Shown here in pieces: positions 38,315 through 49,578 of a DNA stretch of 64,000 nucleotides. Below the pieces are notes generated by a model. It did no database searches. It saw nothing but the letters and a program-made list of their open reading frames with translations, and had not been told where the DNA came from. Within the stretch, counting starts at the first letter, position 1; each line of letters begins with the position of its first letter. Both the position numbers and the translations under genes were made by a program. The stretch lies in assembly GCA_000092065.1 (NCBI GenBank), contig CP000581.1, one strand, 5' to 3'. The DNA is from Ostreococcus lucimarinus (Eukaryota).

Positions 38315-40345
38315 CTACCACACGTCCTGATGGTATCTAAACTCTGCCTTCAGGCGACGTAAAATCTCCTCCGCTTCGTGCGCCGCGTAGTCGCCCTCGC
38401 GCATCAACACACTCAGGAGCGCCTTGTTCACATCCTTTGCCATGTTCTTCGCGTCACCGCAAATGAACACCGCGCCCTCGTTTTTGCCCACGGTACCTTT
38501 GACGATTGGGTACACCGTCGACGCCTTTTCGATAATCTTGTCCTGCACGTACACCTTCTTCGGCCCGTCGCGGCTAAACGCCACGTCCAGGTCGGTAATC
38601 ACGCCCTCTCGCAACGCGGTCTGCATCTCTGCTTCGTATATGAAATCGCGATCTTTGTTACGGCATCCAAAGAACAGCATCGCCGGGCCTAACTTGGCAC
38701 CAGAAGCTTGAAGCGCCGTGCGCTCTTGCAAGAAACCTCGGAAAGGGGCGTAGCCGGTGCCTGGTCCAATCATGATAACAGGCGCTTCTGGATTTGTCGG
38801 CAGTCGGAAAGTGCTCGTTCGCACGAAAATCGGAATCTTTTGGCCTTCAGCCGCGCGCTGTAAGAATGTACTCGCGACACCTTCGTGCATGCGACCGGTG
38901 AAGACTTTCTCTTTGACGACGGCGACGGTGGCGGTGACGACGTTTTTGTTAGCCGCCGGACTTGAGCTGATGCTGTAAAATCGAGCCGCTAAACGAGGCG
39001 CAACGGCGCCAAAGAATAATCCAATATCTGGAACAGCGCTGGAGTAGTCCTCCATCACCTCCAAAAGCGATCTGTGGGGCTTCGTTATGTACTTTGCGAA
39101 TTCATCCTTGCCCGCCGGCGAGGCTAAAAAGGCGAGCTTTTCTGCGTCCTTGCCCGAAGCGACGGAGGCGAGCGCAGCGAGCGCTTGCTTTCGAGGGGGC
39201 GTTAAAACGTCCGCGTACCGCGCAATCGCATCTCCGACCGTCATGGGCGTCGCGAACGGCTCGGCGAGCGACGCAGGAGCACCACTCGGCTTCACCAAAC
39301 GGAAGACCTCGTCGACGTCGAGCTTCAGCGCTTTGGCTACGCGCTTCGTGACGTCCTTACCGTTCTCCGCAAACACGCCCAAGTGGTCGCCCGTCTTGTA
39401 CTGCACGCTCGAGCCTGAAATATCAAACTCTACGTGAACGCAACTTCGATCGGCATCTTTACTGAAGAGTTCGCGCACAACTTTGACGGAGGAGAGGTAC
39501 GGCTTTGCCGCCGTCGGCGCGACGCGCGTGTTAGAGTGCTCCTTTTCGTATTTGGCCGCCTGACTCGCCGCTGCGCGCTCGCCGTCGCTACCACGCATAA
39601 TGATGACGTCGTAACGAGGCAACTCCTCGTCGCCGCCGTCGGAATGTAAACCAAACTTGGCCTCGAACGCGGGCCAAAACGCCTCGATCCAATTTTCAAA
39701 GTCTTGCTCCAAGCACTGGTCGTCGTCTCCCAAGTGAAGCTTCAGCAGCGGTTGAGCGCCTAAATCCACCAAAGCCTTGTGAACCATCTTCGCCGCCGCG
39801 TTGAACTGTTCGTAGCAACGATTACCGAGCCCGAACACGCTGAACGTTACGTTTTCCAACAAATCCGGCATCCGCCCGTCGCTCGCGCAGTCCCGCGCCC
39901 AATACACGAAATCCGAGCTCGTATCCGTCGGTTCCCCGTCCCCGTACGTCGATTGCAGAAACACACAGCACCCGGTCTCCGCCACGAGCGCGTCCTCGGC
40001 GTGCATGGAATCCACGGTTTCGAGATCCACCGCGCGCGCCGCCACGGCGGCGCCGTACCGCGCGCGCGCGTGCGCCACCACCTCCCGCGCGTACCGCTCG
40101 CTCGTCCCCGTCTGCGTGCCGTAAAACACGCTCAGACGCACTTTCCCCGCGTCGTCGAACGTCTCTTTCGCCGTCGCCGGCGCCCGCCCGCGACCGAGCG
40201 CGCCGAACCACGACGCCGTCGTCATCGTCCCATCTTTCCCCGTCGCGTTCGACGCCGCGCGCACCGCGATCAACCCGACGACCGAGGCGCAGAGCACGGT
40301 CGCGCTCGCGAGCACCAGCGCGTCGCTCGACGCGAGCGCGTCCAT
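38315..40345 (-). CDS. CPR: NADPH-cytochrome P450 reductase
   Basis: N-terminal membrane anchor, then a flavodoxin domain (SVFYGTQTGTSERYA), an FAD-binding motif RFYSISSSP, an NADPH-binding motif GPGTGYAPFRGFLQER and the C-terminal ...DVW end. Confidence 0.9.
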   Translation of the reverse strand: MDALASSDALVLASATVLCASVVGLIAVRAASNATGKDGTMTTASWFGALGRGRAPATAKETFDDAGKVRLSVFYGTQTGTSERYAREVVAHARARYGAAVAARAVDLETVDSMHAEDALVAETGCCVFLQSTYGDGEPTDTSSDFVYWARDCASDGRMPDLLENVTFSVFGLGNRCYEQFNAAAKMVHKALVDLGAQPLLKLHLGDDDQCLEQDFENWIEAFWPAFEAKFGLHSDGGDEELPRYDVIIMRGSDGERAAASQAAKYEKEHSNTRVAPTAAKPYLSSVKVVRELFSKDADRSCVHVEFDISGSSVQYKTGDHLGVFAENGKDVTKRVAKALKLDVDEVFRLVKPSGAPASLAEPFATPMTVGDAIARYADVLTPPRKQALAALASVASGKDAEKLAFLASPAGKDEFAKYITKPHRSLLEVMEDYSSAVPDIGLFFGAVAPRLAARFYSISSSPAANKNVVTATVAVVKEKVFTGRMHEGVASTFLQRAAEGQKIPIFVRTSTFRLPTNPEAPVIMIGPGTGYAPFRGFLQERTALQASGAKLGPAMLFFGCRNKDRDFIYEAEMQTALREGVITDLDVAFSRDGPKKVYVQDKIIEKASTVYPIVKGTVGKNEGAVFICGDAKNMAKDVNKALLSVLMREGDYAAHEAEEILRRLKAEFRYHQDVW

Positions 40346-41031
40346 CGCGCGCGGCGAACTCGCGCGCCGCGCCTTCGCGCGCGCCTATGCGCGCACGCGC
40401 CTCCCCTATGCGCGCACCAGTGACGACGCCATTACGCAAAACTTACGCGCCCGCGATCGTCGATTCGCTCGCCCCGCGCGCGAGATTCGCCCATCATCCT
40501 GAAGATAAACTCACACATAAAACGCTACTCGGACAAACGACATGGCGTCAGGATCGCTTCAATGTGCGGTCACCCGCGCCGTCGCGATCGCGCGGTCGTC
40601 GTTCGAAACGACCGGCGGCCGCCGCCGCGTCGACGCGCGGCACGTCCACGCGCGCGACGACGCGGCAAAGCGACGCGCGATCGAAGCGACGCGGCGACGC
40701 GACGCGACGCGACGCGATCTCGCGCGAGGCGAGATTCGGGCGACGCTCGAGCGCGCGCGACGACGATACGGACGGTAATCGCGTCGCATCGGACGCATCG
40801 CGTCGCGACCTATCCATCCGACCGCGGGGCGCGGGCGCGCGGTGACGCGCGCGGCGTTCGACGGGCGCGACGGCGCGCGGGAAACGCGAGATAAAGGGTG
40901 GTTCGCGATCGCTCGGGGTGAGACGCGCGCTCGGGCGACGGTGAGGCGCGCGCGCGAGGGTCGAGGAGACGGACGCGGGCGACTGGGCGCCGCGACGCCG
41001 GACTCGAGACGCGGGACGCGCGAGAGGGACG

Positions 41032-42327
41032 ATGACGGCGTCGAGAGGCGACAGCGCGATGATGGGCGACGATGAGATGGCGGCGGGAGCGATCGGGGCG
41101 ATGCAAGGGGCGGCGTTCGCGGCGTTTGCGAATCCGGTCGATTTGAGCGCGACCCCGCCGACGCGGGGGTTCGCGGTGGGGAGCGCGCCGGGATTTTATC
41201 CAGGGGTTGGTGGTGCGTTGGCGGGGGCGTCGGGGATCGGACGAGGTGGAAATATGATCGCAGGGACGTCACCGAACTTTTTGGCGGGAACGTCGCCGGG
41301 ATCGCTCGGGTCGTCGCCGTCGTTTTACGGGTCGTCGCCGACGGCGATTCCGCAAGTCGTTCGGCCGAAGGCGCCCATGGACCGCGGGATCGGGTTTCCG
41401 GGATTGTCTTCCTCGCTTCCGGGTAAGCATCACATCGGATCTCCTAATAGTGGATTTAGTGCGTTTAGTCCTCCGATGAACTTGAAGGACTCGCCGCGAG
41501 CGATGGCGCACTTTTCGTCCTCGCCTCCAGTCAAGTCGGGCGGCGTGCACAAGCCGCCGTCGGGCGCGACGAAGGCGAAGAAGATGGAGATCGCCCGAGC
41601 TGCGGTCAACGAGGTGACTGCTGCGGCCGTAGCCGTGTCGTCGATGCCCGGCGCTTCGATGAGCGCGTCGATGCCGCTGAACTCGAGCGGTAAACCGCAA
41701 AAGAGTGTGTACCGAGGGGTTAGACAACGGCCGTGGGGCAAGTACGCAGCCGAAATCAGAGACCCCACGCGCGGGTCAAGGCTTTGGTTGGGTACGTTCG
41801 ATTCTGCCGAAGAAGCGGCTTTGGCGTACGACGCCGCGGCTCGTGCGATCCGCGGCGACGCCGCAGTGACGAACTTTGGCAAAGACGTTCCGATCCCAGC
41901 GTCTGTACGAGCGCAGTTGCCTCCGCTTCCGACGCGTCCGGTGCAAGGCAGAGGCGGGACGCCGCGAGACGACAGCGCGTTGTCCGGGCGCATGTCAAAA
42001 TTGTCGACTTCGAATAAGCCTGCGAAGAACCTTGAAGAAGAGGCCGAGATGTTACTCATGCTTCAAGCCGCGGATAGCGATACGAAGACGAGCACGCCTG
42101 ACAAATCTGATTCGGTGGAGGACCAAGCCACGGGAATGGATCTCGAGGAAGATAACGGGGCGAGTTCGGTGACCGTTGGCTTGACTTTGCGCGCGCAAAA
42201 GTCCAACGCTCCGCCAAGTGCTCCCGCGCCGGCAGCAAGAATTCAGCAGACCGATGCATCTAACGCGATGATTTCGGCGTTGAAGGCTTCGACCGTCAGT
42301 ACGCGTACGCGCCGCGGCGGCGCGTAA
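41032..42327 (+). CDS. AP2/ERF domain transcription factor
   Basis: A single canonical AP2 domain [56 protein letters not shown] is flanked by low-complexity G/S/A-rich regions. ATG at 41032 checked. Confidence 0.85.
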   Translation: MTASRGDSAMMGDDEMAAGAIGAMQGAAFAAFANPVDLSATPPTRGFAVGSAPGFYPGVGGALAGASGIGRGGNMIAGTSPNFLAGTSPGSLGSSPSFYGSSPTAIPQVVRPKAPMDRGIGFPGLSSSLPGKHHIGSPNSGFSAFSPPMNLKDSPRAMAHFSSSPPVKSGGVHKPPSGATKAKKMEIARAAVNEVTAAAVAVSSMPGASMSASMPLNSSGKPQKSVYRGVRQRPWGKYAAEIRDPTRGSRLWLGTFDSAEEAALAYDAAARAIRGDAAVTNFGKDVPIPASVRAQLPPLPTRPVQGRGGTPRDDSALSGRMSKLSTSNKPAKNLEEEAEMLLMLQAADSDTKTSTPDKSDSVEDQATGMDLEEDNGASSVTVGLTLRAQKSNAPPSAPAPAARIQQTDASNAMISALKASTVSTRTRRGGA

Positions 42328-42479
42328 AAGCAAGCATTTAAACGTCCGCGCACCAAAGAGGGCGAGCGAGCCGCGATAGAAACACAAAATGTTATAGTAA
42401 AAGCTCTCGGTGCATATTAAAACTCAACGTACGATAGTCAAGCCGACAAGCGCATGGCGCATGTGGTAAATACAGCGCT

Positions 42480-43940
42480 TTAAATTAACGTCGCGAACGC
42501 GACCAAGGACCCGAAGGCGAGCGCCGCGGCGACGCCGGCGGGCGCGCCGCTCGAACGCGGTTCGTTGTCGCGAGCACTCATATATGCATCGTAGTTTTCG
42601 AGCGTAATATCATTCGGGCATGACGTATCGGCGCACTTTGAAGTTGATAAGCACAGTCCGTAGGTCCCGCAGCAATCGTTCGCCGTGCAAATTGATTCGA
42701 GATACGAAAGCGTCGGCGCGCCGCTCGAGCATTGAAAGTCGCAGTTCGGCACTTGTCGAGTCACCATTTCACCATCAGGGCAACGCAGAACGTCCGGTGG
42801 ACAGTGAGTGAAACCATTTGGGCCCGAGGATGTCTCGACGCTCGGTCCAGGTGCGGGAGCCAAATCATCATCGTCGACGAAGCCGTTATTCGACACGCCA
42901 TCCGTTTCAAGCATCCAGTCGATGAGAGAAGGGCCAAAATCTGCCGTAAAGGTCAGCGCGGTCGCGAGTTCGGTGTTCAAACCCGAAACAAGTCGAAGCT
43001 CGGTGCGACCACCGACGTCGCACTGGCTCGTGTTGCCAAAGTGCACGAGATCAGTATCTGGGTTGTTCGGGAGCAGCTTTTGGCGAGAGACGAGCGCGTC
43101 TGCAGTCGTGACTTTCGCCGACGCATCGCACCCGTTGTGATCGGCCCAGCCAGCCAACGTTTGTTCAACGGAAGGTACAGGTTTACCTTCGAATCGACCG
43201 CCATCGACGGGAATGTTGTCGAGTTCACCATGGATGGCCAAGACGTTCACTGGCGTCTTTGTCGTCGCCGTGAACGCGGCGCAGTTGGATTGCGCGTCCG
43301 CGAAGGTCAGACCAGAGATAGATACGATACCCGAGATTAAATCGGGCTTCTCGCAAGCCATGCGATACGCCATGAACCCACCGTTCTCCCAACCGACGAT
43401 GTAAACCTTGTCCTCGGCGACGTTGTACTGAGACTTCACGGCTCGGATGACTTGCGCGAGATGTTCGACGTCGTCGACGGGTTCCCACGTCTCCGGATCC
43501 CCCGGGCGTAACGAGAAGCGTCCAGCTGCGCAGCACGCGGGTGTTGCAGCCCAAGATCTACATCCGTAGCGAGTGTTCAAAATACCACCAAGTCGAGTGC
43601 ACGATGAGCACCAGAATCGATTTCTCGTCCCTTCGGGAAGTGCGAGGATGAACTCGCGAGAATCCACCTGCTCGGTGAAGCGCAAAATTCGGTTTGTGGA
43701 GTCGCCATCCATGCAGCGCCCGTGGAGAAGAACGATGAGAGGAACATCTGGTGGTACATTTGTCGCGTTATCCTCGCCGGGCACGGAGACGTCGGGGATG
43801 TAGAGCGTGATTGGGTCTCTGTCTTCTCCCGAGGCGTACACGATGTCCACCTCCTGCCTCGCGACGGCGGAGACGCGAGAGGCGCCGAGCAGTAAGATGA
43901 GAAAAACCGAGTAGAAAGCGCTTGAGACTTTGCAAATCAT
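42480..43940 (-). CDS. secreted esterase/PHB-depolymerase-family (alpha/beta hydrolase) homolog with Cys-rich C-terminal region and GPI-anchor-like signal
   Basis: Signal peptide MICKVSSAFYSVFLILLLGASRVSA from the internal ATG 43940. Esterase_phb-like motifs PLIVLLHGRCMDGDS, and VYIVGWENGGFMA where the usual GxSxG Ser is replaced by Glu. The C-terminus has a Ser-rich omega region plus the hydrophobic tail GVAAALAFGSLVAFATLI. Confidence 0.6.
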   Translation of the reverse strand: MICKVSSAFYSVFLILLLGASRVSAVARQEVDIVYASGEDRDPITLYIPDVSVPGEDNATNVPPDVPLIVLLHGRCMDGDSTNRILRFTEQVDSREFILALPEGTRNRFWCSSCTRLGGILNTRYGCRSWAATPACCAAGRFSLRPGDPETWEPVDDVEHLAQVIRAVKSQYNVAEDKVYIVGWENGGFMAYRMACEKPDLISGIVSISGLTFADAQSNCAAFTATTKTPVNVLAIHGELDNIPVDGGRFEGKPVPSVEQTLAGWADHNGCDASAKVTTADALVSRQKLLPNNPDTDLVHFGNTSQCDVGGRTELRLVSGLNTELATALTFTADFGPSLIDWMLETDGVSNNGFVDDDDLAPAPGPSVETSSGPNGFTHCPPDVLRCPDGEMVTRQVPNCDFQCSSGAPTLSYLESICTANDCCGTYGLCLSTSKCADTSCPNDITLENYDAYMSARDNEPRSSGAPAGVAAALAFGSLVAFATLI

Positions 43941-44021
43941 AGTGTTGTGTTTGAAGTTGAGTCTGAAATGCACGACTATTCGCGCGCGAGTCTCGAAATG
44001 GCGTCCATATAACGCCCGCGT

Positions 44022-44147
44022 CTCGGGCTCGTCGCGCCGCCTCGGGAACGCCGCCTCGATTCGATTCATAACAACACCGACGTGCCTGCCCCTCGGGCTC
44101 GTCGCGCCACCTCGGGAACGCCGCCTCGATTTATAACAACACCGACG
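44022..44147. repeat. tandem duplication, period ~70 bp (copy 1 at 44022..44082, copy 2 at 44092..44147), two mismatches plus a 5-bp indel
   Basis: The direct repeat is CTCGGGCTCGTCGCGCC(G/A)CCTCGGGAACGCCGCCTCGAT(TCGAT)TCATAACAACACCGACG. Copy 2 overlaps the last codons and stop of the LRR gene. Confidence 0.8.
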
Positions 44148-45684
44148 AAGGTTGACACTGCGAGTAATACGCATCAAAGTACACGCAAGAGTTGCCAGGC
44201 GCACAGCACTTGGGTCCGTCGTAAAGTGCGCCGGCGCACTGCTCCCACTGCGCGTTACAGGGCAGGCACTCGGACCTGTCGTCGTCAATTCGAGTGCACG
44301 TTAGACCGCGCTTGCAGCAAGTTGGGCCGTCGAAAGATTTCCCACCACATTTCTGATACGCGTCTGAACATGGCACACACTGCTTCCCACCGAACTCGAA
44401 AGGAACGCTGAGACACGTACCTTCCTCGCAGCACGTTTCTTTCCTTCCGCTGAGTTCCCAGATGGAACAGCCTTCGCCTGGCGCAGCGCATTGACATGAC
44501 CCCAAACCGAGAAGCGTGCCCGCTGTTTCCGGCCAAAGTTGACAAAGTTCCCACGGTTTGTCGCACTCGGCTTCCTTTTGCTCCTTCGTGGCGAATGGTA
44601 AGTCTGGAAGTGCACCGCAAAGCCCAGCGTTGTTTGCCAGGCTAATCATTTTGAGATTCGGCAGAGACGCCTTGGATAGAGTCACCGGACCCGTGAATCG
44701 GCAGCGATCGAGCAGCACGCCCTCGAGCCGCTTTAGCCGAGAAAGTTCGTTGATCGAACCCGTAAGCAAATTTTCGTGCACGTCGAGGAACGTCAAGTTT
44801 CGCGGTAGGAATCGAGGTAAAGTTCCGCTCAAAAAGTTGCCTTCGACGATCAAGGACTCGAGCGCCAGGGCGGAGGACCAGTCGCTCGGTATAAACCCGC
44901 TGATGAAGTTATCGTCCAGATTTAACGTTCGAAGGCGTGGAAGTGTGGCGAGCTCTTGTGGAATGGCGCCGTGGAGTTGGTTCCCGGACACGTCCATGGA
45001 TTCGAGTTCGACGAGATTCCCGACGCTCGCCGGGAGAGCGAGACGATCCGTCTTCAAACCGAGCATATTTCTGTGCAAATTCAACTCTCTGAGCTTGACG
45101 AGATTACCGATTTCTGCGGGAACGCTGCCCGAAAGTTGATTGCCAAAGTGAACCCCCGGAAATCCGTACACTTCGCGCTTGTCGACGGGTACCGACGCGT
45201 CGAATCGTCTCTGTCTCTCTGTGAAGCCGCCGTCCAAATTCAGGACTTCGAGCGACGTCAAAGTCCCGATCGACTTCGGAATCGGTCCCTCGAGCGTGTT
45301 CAAATTCAAATGCAGCTCCACGAGATTCGGCATCGCCAACAAGAACTCCTCGGAAATCGTTCCCTCGAGCGCGTTATCGCTCGCGTCCAACGTCGTCAAC
45401 CGCTCCATCCTCGGCACGCGCGCCGGCAGCCTCCCTCGCAGCCCTCGTCCGCGCAACCGTATCTTCACCACCCTCCCGTTTTCATCGCACGCCACCGTCC
45501 CGTCCCCGATCGCGCACACGTCCCCGATCGCCAGCGCGCGTCCCAGCGCCTCGTCGTCCCTCGCGCTCGCCAGCAGCGTCCTCACCGCCTCCGCGTCGCC
45601 CGCGTCCGTCGCCCGCGTCGCCATCGCTCGCATCGCCGCCATCGCGACGCACGTCGCCGTCCCCGCGCGTCGCTTTCGCCCCAT
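44131..45684 (-). CDS. plant-type leucine-rich-repeat protein with two C-terminal CBM1-like cysteine modules
   Basis: About 12 LRRs of LxxLxLxxNxLxGxIP type. The C-terminal 100 aa holds two modules resembling fungal-type CBM1 ([33 protein letters not shown] and [33 protein letters not shown]). The start was set at the internal ATG 45684 (MGRKRRAG). The N-terminus is poly-Asp/Arg-rich and the signal peptide is uncertain. Confidence 0.65.
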   Translation of the reverse strand: MGRKRRAGTATCVAMAAMRAMATRATDAGDAEAVRTLLASARDDEALGRALAIGDVCAIGDGTVACDENGRVVKIRLRGRGLRGRLPARVPRMERLTTLDASDNALEGTISEEFLLAMPNLVELHLNLNTLEGPIPKSIGTLTSLEVLNLDGGFTERQRRFDASVPVDKREVYGFPGVHFGNQLSGSVPAEIGNLVKLRELNLHRNMLGLKTDRLALPASVGNLVELESMDVSGNQLHGAIPQELATLPRLRTLNLDDNFISGFIPSDWSSALALESLIVEGNFLSGTLPRFLPRNLTFLDVHENLLTGSINELSRLKRLEGVLLDRCRFTGPVTLSKASLPNLKMISLANNAGLCGALPDLPFATKEQKEAECDKPWELCQLWPETAGTLLGLGSCQCAAPGEGCSIWELSGRKETCCEEGTCLSVPFEFGGKQCVPCSDAYQKCGGKSFDGPTCCKRGLTCTRIDDDRSECLPCNAQWEQCAGALYDGPKCCAPGNSCVYFDAYYSQCQPSSVLL

Positions 45685-45846
45685 CCCGTCGTCGTCGTCG
45701 TCGTCGTCGTCGTCGCGCCTTCGCGTCGCACCGTGTGGTCGACGACAATCGGCGACACAAAACGTCAATCGTCGCGGTCGGGCGGTCGGTCGCCGCGCGC
45801 GCGGTCGAAGGTTCTGGATGTCGACGACGGGTGCGCGGCGCGATTA

Positions 45847-48800
45847 ATGGCGCGCGACGGAACGCGACGCGCGTCGTCGGCGTCGGCGTCGACGTCGACG
45901 ATCGAGATGACCGCGCCCGTCTACCCCGCGTGGTCGAACGCGCCGGCGCGGACGCTGGCGCATCACGACAGCGACGAAACCGTCGGGATCGCGTCGGCGT
46001 CGGTGGACGATCGGCGCGCGCGCGCGGGCGGGCACAACGAGCTCGAGCGCGAGCCGGGGAAGGCGCTGTGGAGACTGGTGCTGGAACAGTTCGATGACGC
46101 GCTGGTGAAGGTGCTGCTGGCGGCGGCGGCGGTGTCGCTGGCGCTGGCGTACGCGGAGGGCGGCGCGGAGGAGGGACTCGCGGCGTACGCGGAGCCGGCG
46201 GTCATCGCGCTGATTTTGGTGCTGAACGCGATCGTCGGGGTGTGGCAGGAGAGCAACGCGGAGCGCGCGCTGGATGCGCTGAAGGAGATGCAGAGCGAAC
46301 ACGCGAAGTGCCTGAGAGACGGTCGATGGAACGGCTCGCTCGAGGCGCGGGAATTGGTGCCGGGGGACGTGGTGGAGCTGAAGACGGGCGATCGAGTGCC
46401 GGCGGATTGTCGAGTGATTCGATTGAAGACGGCGACGGTGCGCGTGGAGCAGGCGTCGTTGACTGGGGAATCCGTGGCGGTGGATAAGCGCGTGGAGAGC
46501 GTGAAGGATGAAGACATCGAGTTGCAAGGGAAGACGTGCATGCTGTTCGCCGGCACGGCGGTGTCCAACGGATGCTGTCTGTGCGTGGTGAACTCGACGG
46601 GTATGTCGACCGAGATCGGGAAGATTCAGTCGCAAATCAAAGAAGCGAGCGAGGAAGAGGAGGATACGCCGCTGAAGCAAAAGCTCGATCGATTCGGTGA
46701 GAGCTTGACGATGATGATTGGCGTCATTTGCCTTCTCGTGTGGTTGATCAACTACAGGCACTTTGTTCAATTTGAGTTCAAGGCTGGGTCAACGATCCCC
46801 AGCGTGGCGTTTGATCTCGTGAAGTGTACGTATTATTTCAAAATCGCCATCGCTCTCGCCGTGGCGGCTATTCCCGAAGGCTTACCGGCGGTAATCACGA
46901 CGTGCTTGGCGCTCGGTACAAGAAAGATGGCGAAGAAGAACGCCATCGTTCGCAAGTTGCCGAGCGTGGAAACTCTTGGTTGCACGAGTGTTATTTGCAG
47001 CGACAAGACGGGTACGTTGACCACGAATCAAATGTCTGCCGTAAAGCTCATCACCGTGCGCGATGAGACTCACTTGACGACATACACCGTCGAAGGGACG
47101 ACGTACAACCCCACCGAGGGTGGCGTCGTCGGCGCGCCGAAAAAGCTTGACGCGAGTTTGCGCGCCATCGCTAAGATTTCTGCTTTGTGCAACGGCGCTC
47201 AGTTGGAGTACAAAAACGATGCGTACAAGTGCGTCGGTGAACCGACGGAAGGTGCGCTCAAAGTTTTGTGCGAGAAGATTGGTTTGGATGACATGCGCGG
47301 CGTCGCCAAGAAGCGCTCCTCCAAACCCGAGCAACACGCACAAATCGTGTGCGACATGATTGAAAGTGCACACGACGTCCGGGCAACTTTAGAATTCGAT
47401 CGTGATCGCAAGTCGATGAGCGTCATCGCGAGTGAAAAGACCGATAGCAAGCGGGGTAGCGCCAACGAACTCCTCGTCAAGGGGGCGCCTGAAGTGTTGC
47501 TTGAACGCTGCGCGTTTGTGCAGATGCCGGACGGCGCGACGGCGCCGCTTTCCGCAACGATGCGAAATGTCATCCTCAACGAACAAGCGACGATGGCTCG
47601 CGACGCGCTGCGATGTCTCGCGTTCGCGAAAAAGGTTTCGCTTGGTGATTTGTCTTCGTACGACGGATCAGAGAAGCACAAGGCGCACAAGGTGCTCAAG
47701 GATCCGTCCGCGTACGCGTCCATCGAATCCGATTTAATCTTCGTTGGCATGACTGGTTTGCGAGATCCCCCGAGACCGGAAGTCGCTGGAGCCATTAAGG
47801 CGTGTCACACTGCCGGTATTCGCGTTATCGTCATCACCGGCGACAACAAGCTTACCGCGGAGGCGATTTGCACCGAAATTGGCGTCTTCAAGTCTTCGGC
47901 GGACGTTAAGGGGAAATCCTTCACCGGTCGTGAATTCGCTGCGATGTCCAAATCTAAGCAACTCAAAGCGCTTCTTGGTGAAGGCGGTCGCGTGTTCAGT
48001 CGCACTGAGCCCAAACACAAGCAAGACATCGTTCGTCTCCTTCGCGATAGCGGCGACGTAGTCGCCATGACGGGCGACGGTGTCAACGACGCGCCGGCGT
48101 TGAAGCTCGCGGATATCGGTATCGCCATGGGTATCGCCGGTACTGAGGTCGCGAAGGAAGCGTCCGACATGGTTCTCGCCGACGACAACTTCAGCACCAT
48201 CGTCGAAGCCGTCTCCGAGGGTAGAAGCATCTACAACAACATGAAGGCGTTCATTCGATACATGATTTCTTCCAATGTCGGCGAAGTGGTGAGCATTTTC
48301 CTTACCGCTGCGCTTGGCATGCCCGAGGGCTTGGTGCCGGTGCAGCTTCTTTGGGTGAATCTCGTCACCGATGGTCCTCCGGCCACGGCGCTCGGTTTCA
48401 ATCCTCCGGACAAAGACATCATGACGAAGCCGCCGAGACGAAAGGACGAAGATCTCTTATCCAACTGGGTCATGTTCAGATACGCCGTCGTCGGTCTTTA
48501 CGTCGGCGTCGCTACCGTGGGCGCGTTCGCGATTTGGTTCACGCGCACTAGTTTCATGGGTATCGACTTGAGCCAAGACGGTCACACGCCCGTGACTTTC
48601 AAGCAGCTGACAAACTGGGGCGAGTGCGCGAGCTGGAAAAATTTCAAGGGAGGCAAATTCACCGCCGGCGGCGTCGCGTACTCTTACACCGGTAAGCACG
48701 CGTGCGATTACTTCGAGGCGGGCAAAGTGAAAGCGTCGACGCTTTCGCTCACTGTTCTTGTCGCGATCGAGATGTTCAATGCGCTCAACGCGCTTTCGGA

Positions 48801-49056
48801 GGACGGATCGTTGGTGACCATGCCGCCGTGGCGCAACCCGTACCTCCTCATCGCCATGCTTGTCTCCTTTGGCTCGCACTTCTTGATCATGTACGTTCCG
48901 TACTTCGCGGAAATTTTCTCCATCGTCCCGCTGGATTTCAACGAATGGATGCTCGTCCTTCTGTGCGCCGCACCGGTGTGCTTGATCGACGAAGTTCTGA
49001 AGGTTTTCGGCCGCGTCTCGGCGCGAAGAGAACTCAAGGCTCGACTCGGGTACTAG
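45847..49056 (+). CDS. ECA: sarco/endoplasmic reticulum-type Ca2+-ATPase (P2A-type, SERCA/ECA)
   Basis: Phosphorylation site [12 protein letters not shown], the KGAPE and DPPR motifs, the hinge [13 protein letters not shown] and 10 TM helices. Upstream codons of ORF 44956.. are antisense to the LRR gene. The first ATG is at 45847; the ATG at 45907 (MTAPVYPAW) aligns better with plant ECA N-termini. Confidence 0.9.
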   Translation: MARDGTRRASSASASTSTIEMTAPVYPAWSNAPARTLAHHDSDETVGIASASVDDRRARAGGHNELEREPGKALWRLVLEQFDDALVKVLLAAAAVSLALAYAEGGAEEGLAAYAEPAVIALILVLNAIVGVWQESNAERALDALKEMQSEHAKCLRDGRWNGSLEARELVPGDVVELKTGDRVPADCRVIRLKTATVRVEQASLTGESVAVDKRVESVKDEDIELQGKTCMLFAGTAVSNGCCLCVVNSTGMSTEIGKIQSQIKEASEEEEDTPLKQKLDRFGESLTMMIGVICLLVWLINYRHFVQFEFKAGSTIPSVAFDLVKCTYYFKIAIALAVAAIPEGLPAVITTCLALGTRKMAKKNAIVRKLPSVETLGCTSVICSDKTGTLTTNQMSAVKLITVRDETHLTTYTVEGTTYNPTEGGVVGAPKKLDASLRAIAKISALCNGAQLEYKNDAYKCVGEPTEGALKVLCEKIGLDDMRGVAKKRSSKPEQHAQIVCDMIESAHDVRATLEFDRDRKSMSVIASEKTDSKRGSANELLVKGAPEVLLERCAFVQMPDGATAPLSATMRNVILNEQATMARDALRCLAFAKKVSLGDLSSYDGSEKHKAHKVLKDPSAYASIESDLIFVGMTGLRDPPRPEVAGAIKACHTAGIRVIVITGDNKLTAEAICTEIGVFKSSADVKGKSFTGREFAAMSKSKQLKALLGEGGRVFSRTEPKHKQDIVRLLRDSGDVVAMTGDGVNDAPALKLADIGIAMGIAGTEVAKEASDMVLADDNFSTIVEAVSEGRSIYNNMKAFIRYMISSNVGEVVSIFLTAALGMPEGLVPVQLLWVNLVTDGPPATALGFNPPDKDIMTKPPRRKDEDLLSNWVMFRYAVVGLYVGVATVGAFAIWFTRTSFMGIDLSQDGHTPVTFKQLTNWGECASWKNFKGGKFTAGGVAYSYTGKHACDYFEAGKVKASTLSLTVLVAIEMFNALNALSEDGSLVTMPPWRNPYLLIAMLVSFGSHFLIMYVPYFAEIFSIVPLDFNEWMLVLLCAAPVCLIDEVLKVFGRVSARRELKARLGY

Positions 49057-49578
49057 AGTTCTACGTAGCACGCGTCGTCGAACGGTACTCGCCAGACGAT
49101 GAATTTAATTAATACGAAGCGCTTAACGTTATATTACACGCAACCCTGCCTATCGCGACGACGCCCCGGGGAACGTCGACACCATTTCGTTCACCACCGG
49201 TCCCGCGAGCTTAAAAACCAGCAGCACGCACACCAAGCAGAAAGCCGCGAATCCCGCCTTCAGCACCGTGGAGAACGTCTCGCTCTCCAGCAGCGCGTTC
49301 TCTTCCTGCACGGGCTTCACGTAGTCGCGCGACGCGCCCTCGTCGTCTTCGACCGCGCGCGTCGCGACGCGCCGACGTCGCTCGAGCGTCACCGTCGCCG
49401 TCGCCATCGCCGCCGTCGTCGCTCGCACCGTCGCCGTCGTCGCCGTCGCTCGAGCGACGCGCGCGCGTCGACCGAAGTGCGTCGTCTTCGCCGCCGCGCG
49501 CGGCGCCGTCGCGCGCACCGTCGTCGTCGTCGTCGCCATCGCGCGTCGTCGAGTGACCACGGCCCTCGCGTCCGTCAG

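Noticed and set aside
42480-44288. The esterase ORF extends 116 codons upstream of the signal-peptide Met through the 70-bp tandem repeat.
   Set aside because: The upstream translation is non-hydrophobic junk running through a duplicated non-coding repeat. The Met followed by a classic signal peptide (MICKVSSAFYSVFLILLLGASRVSA) is the credible start.
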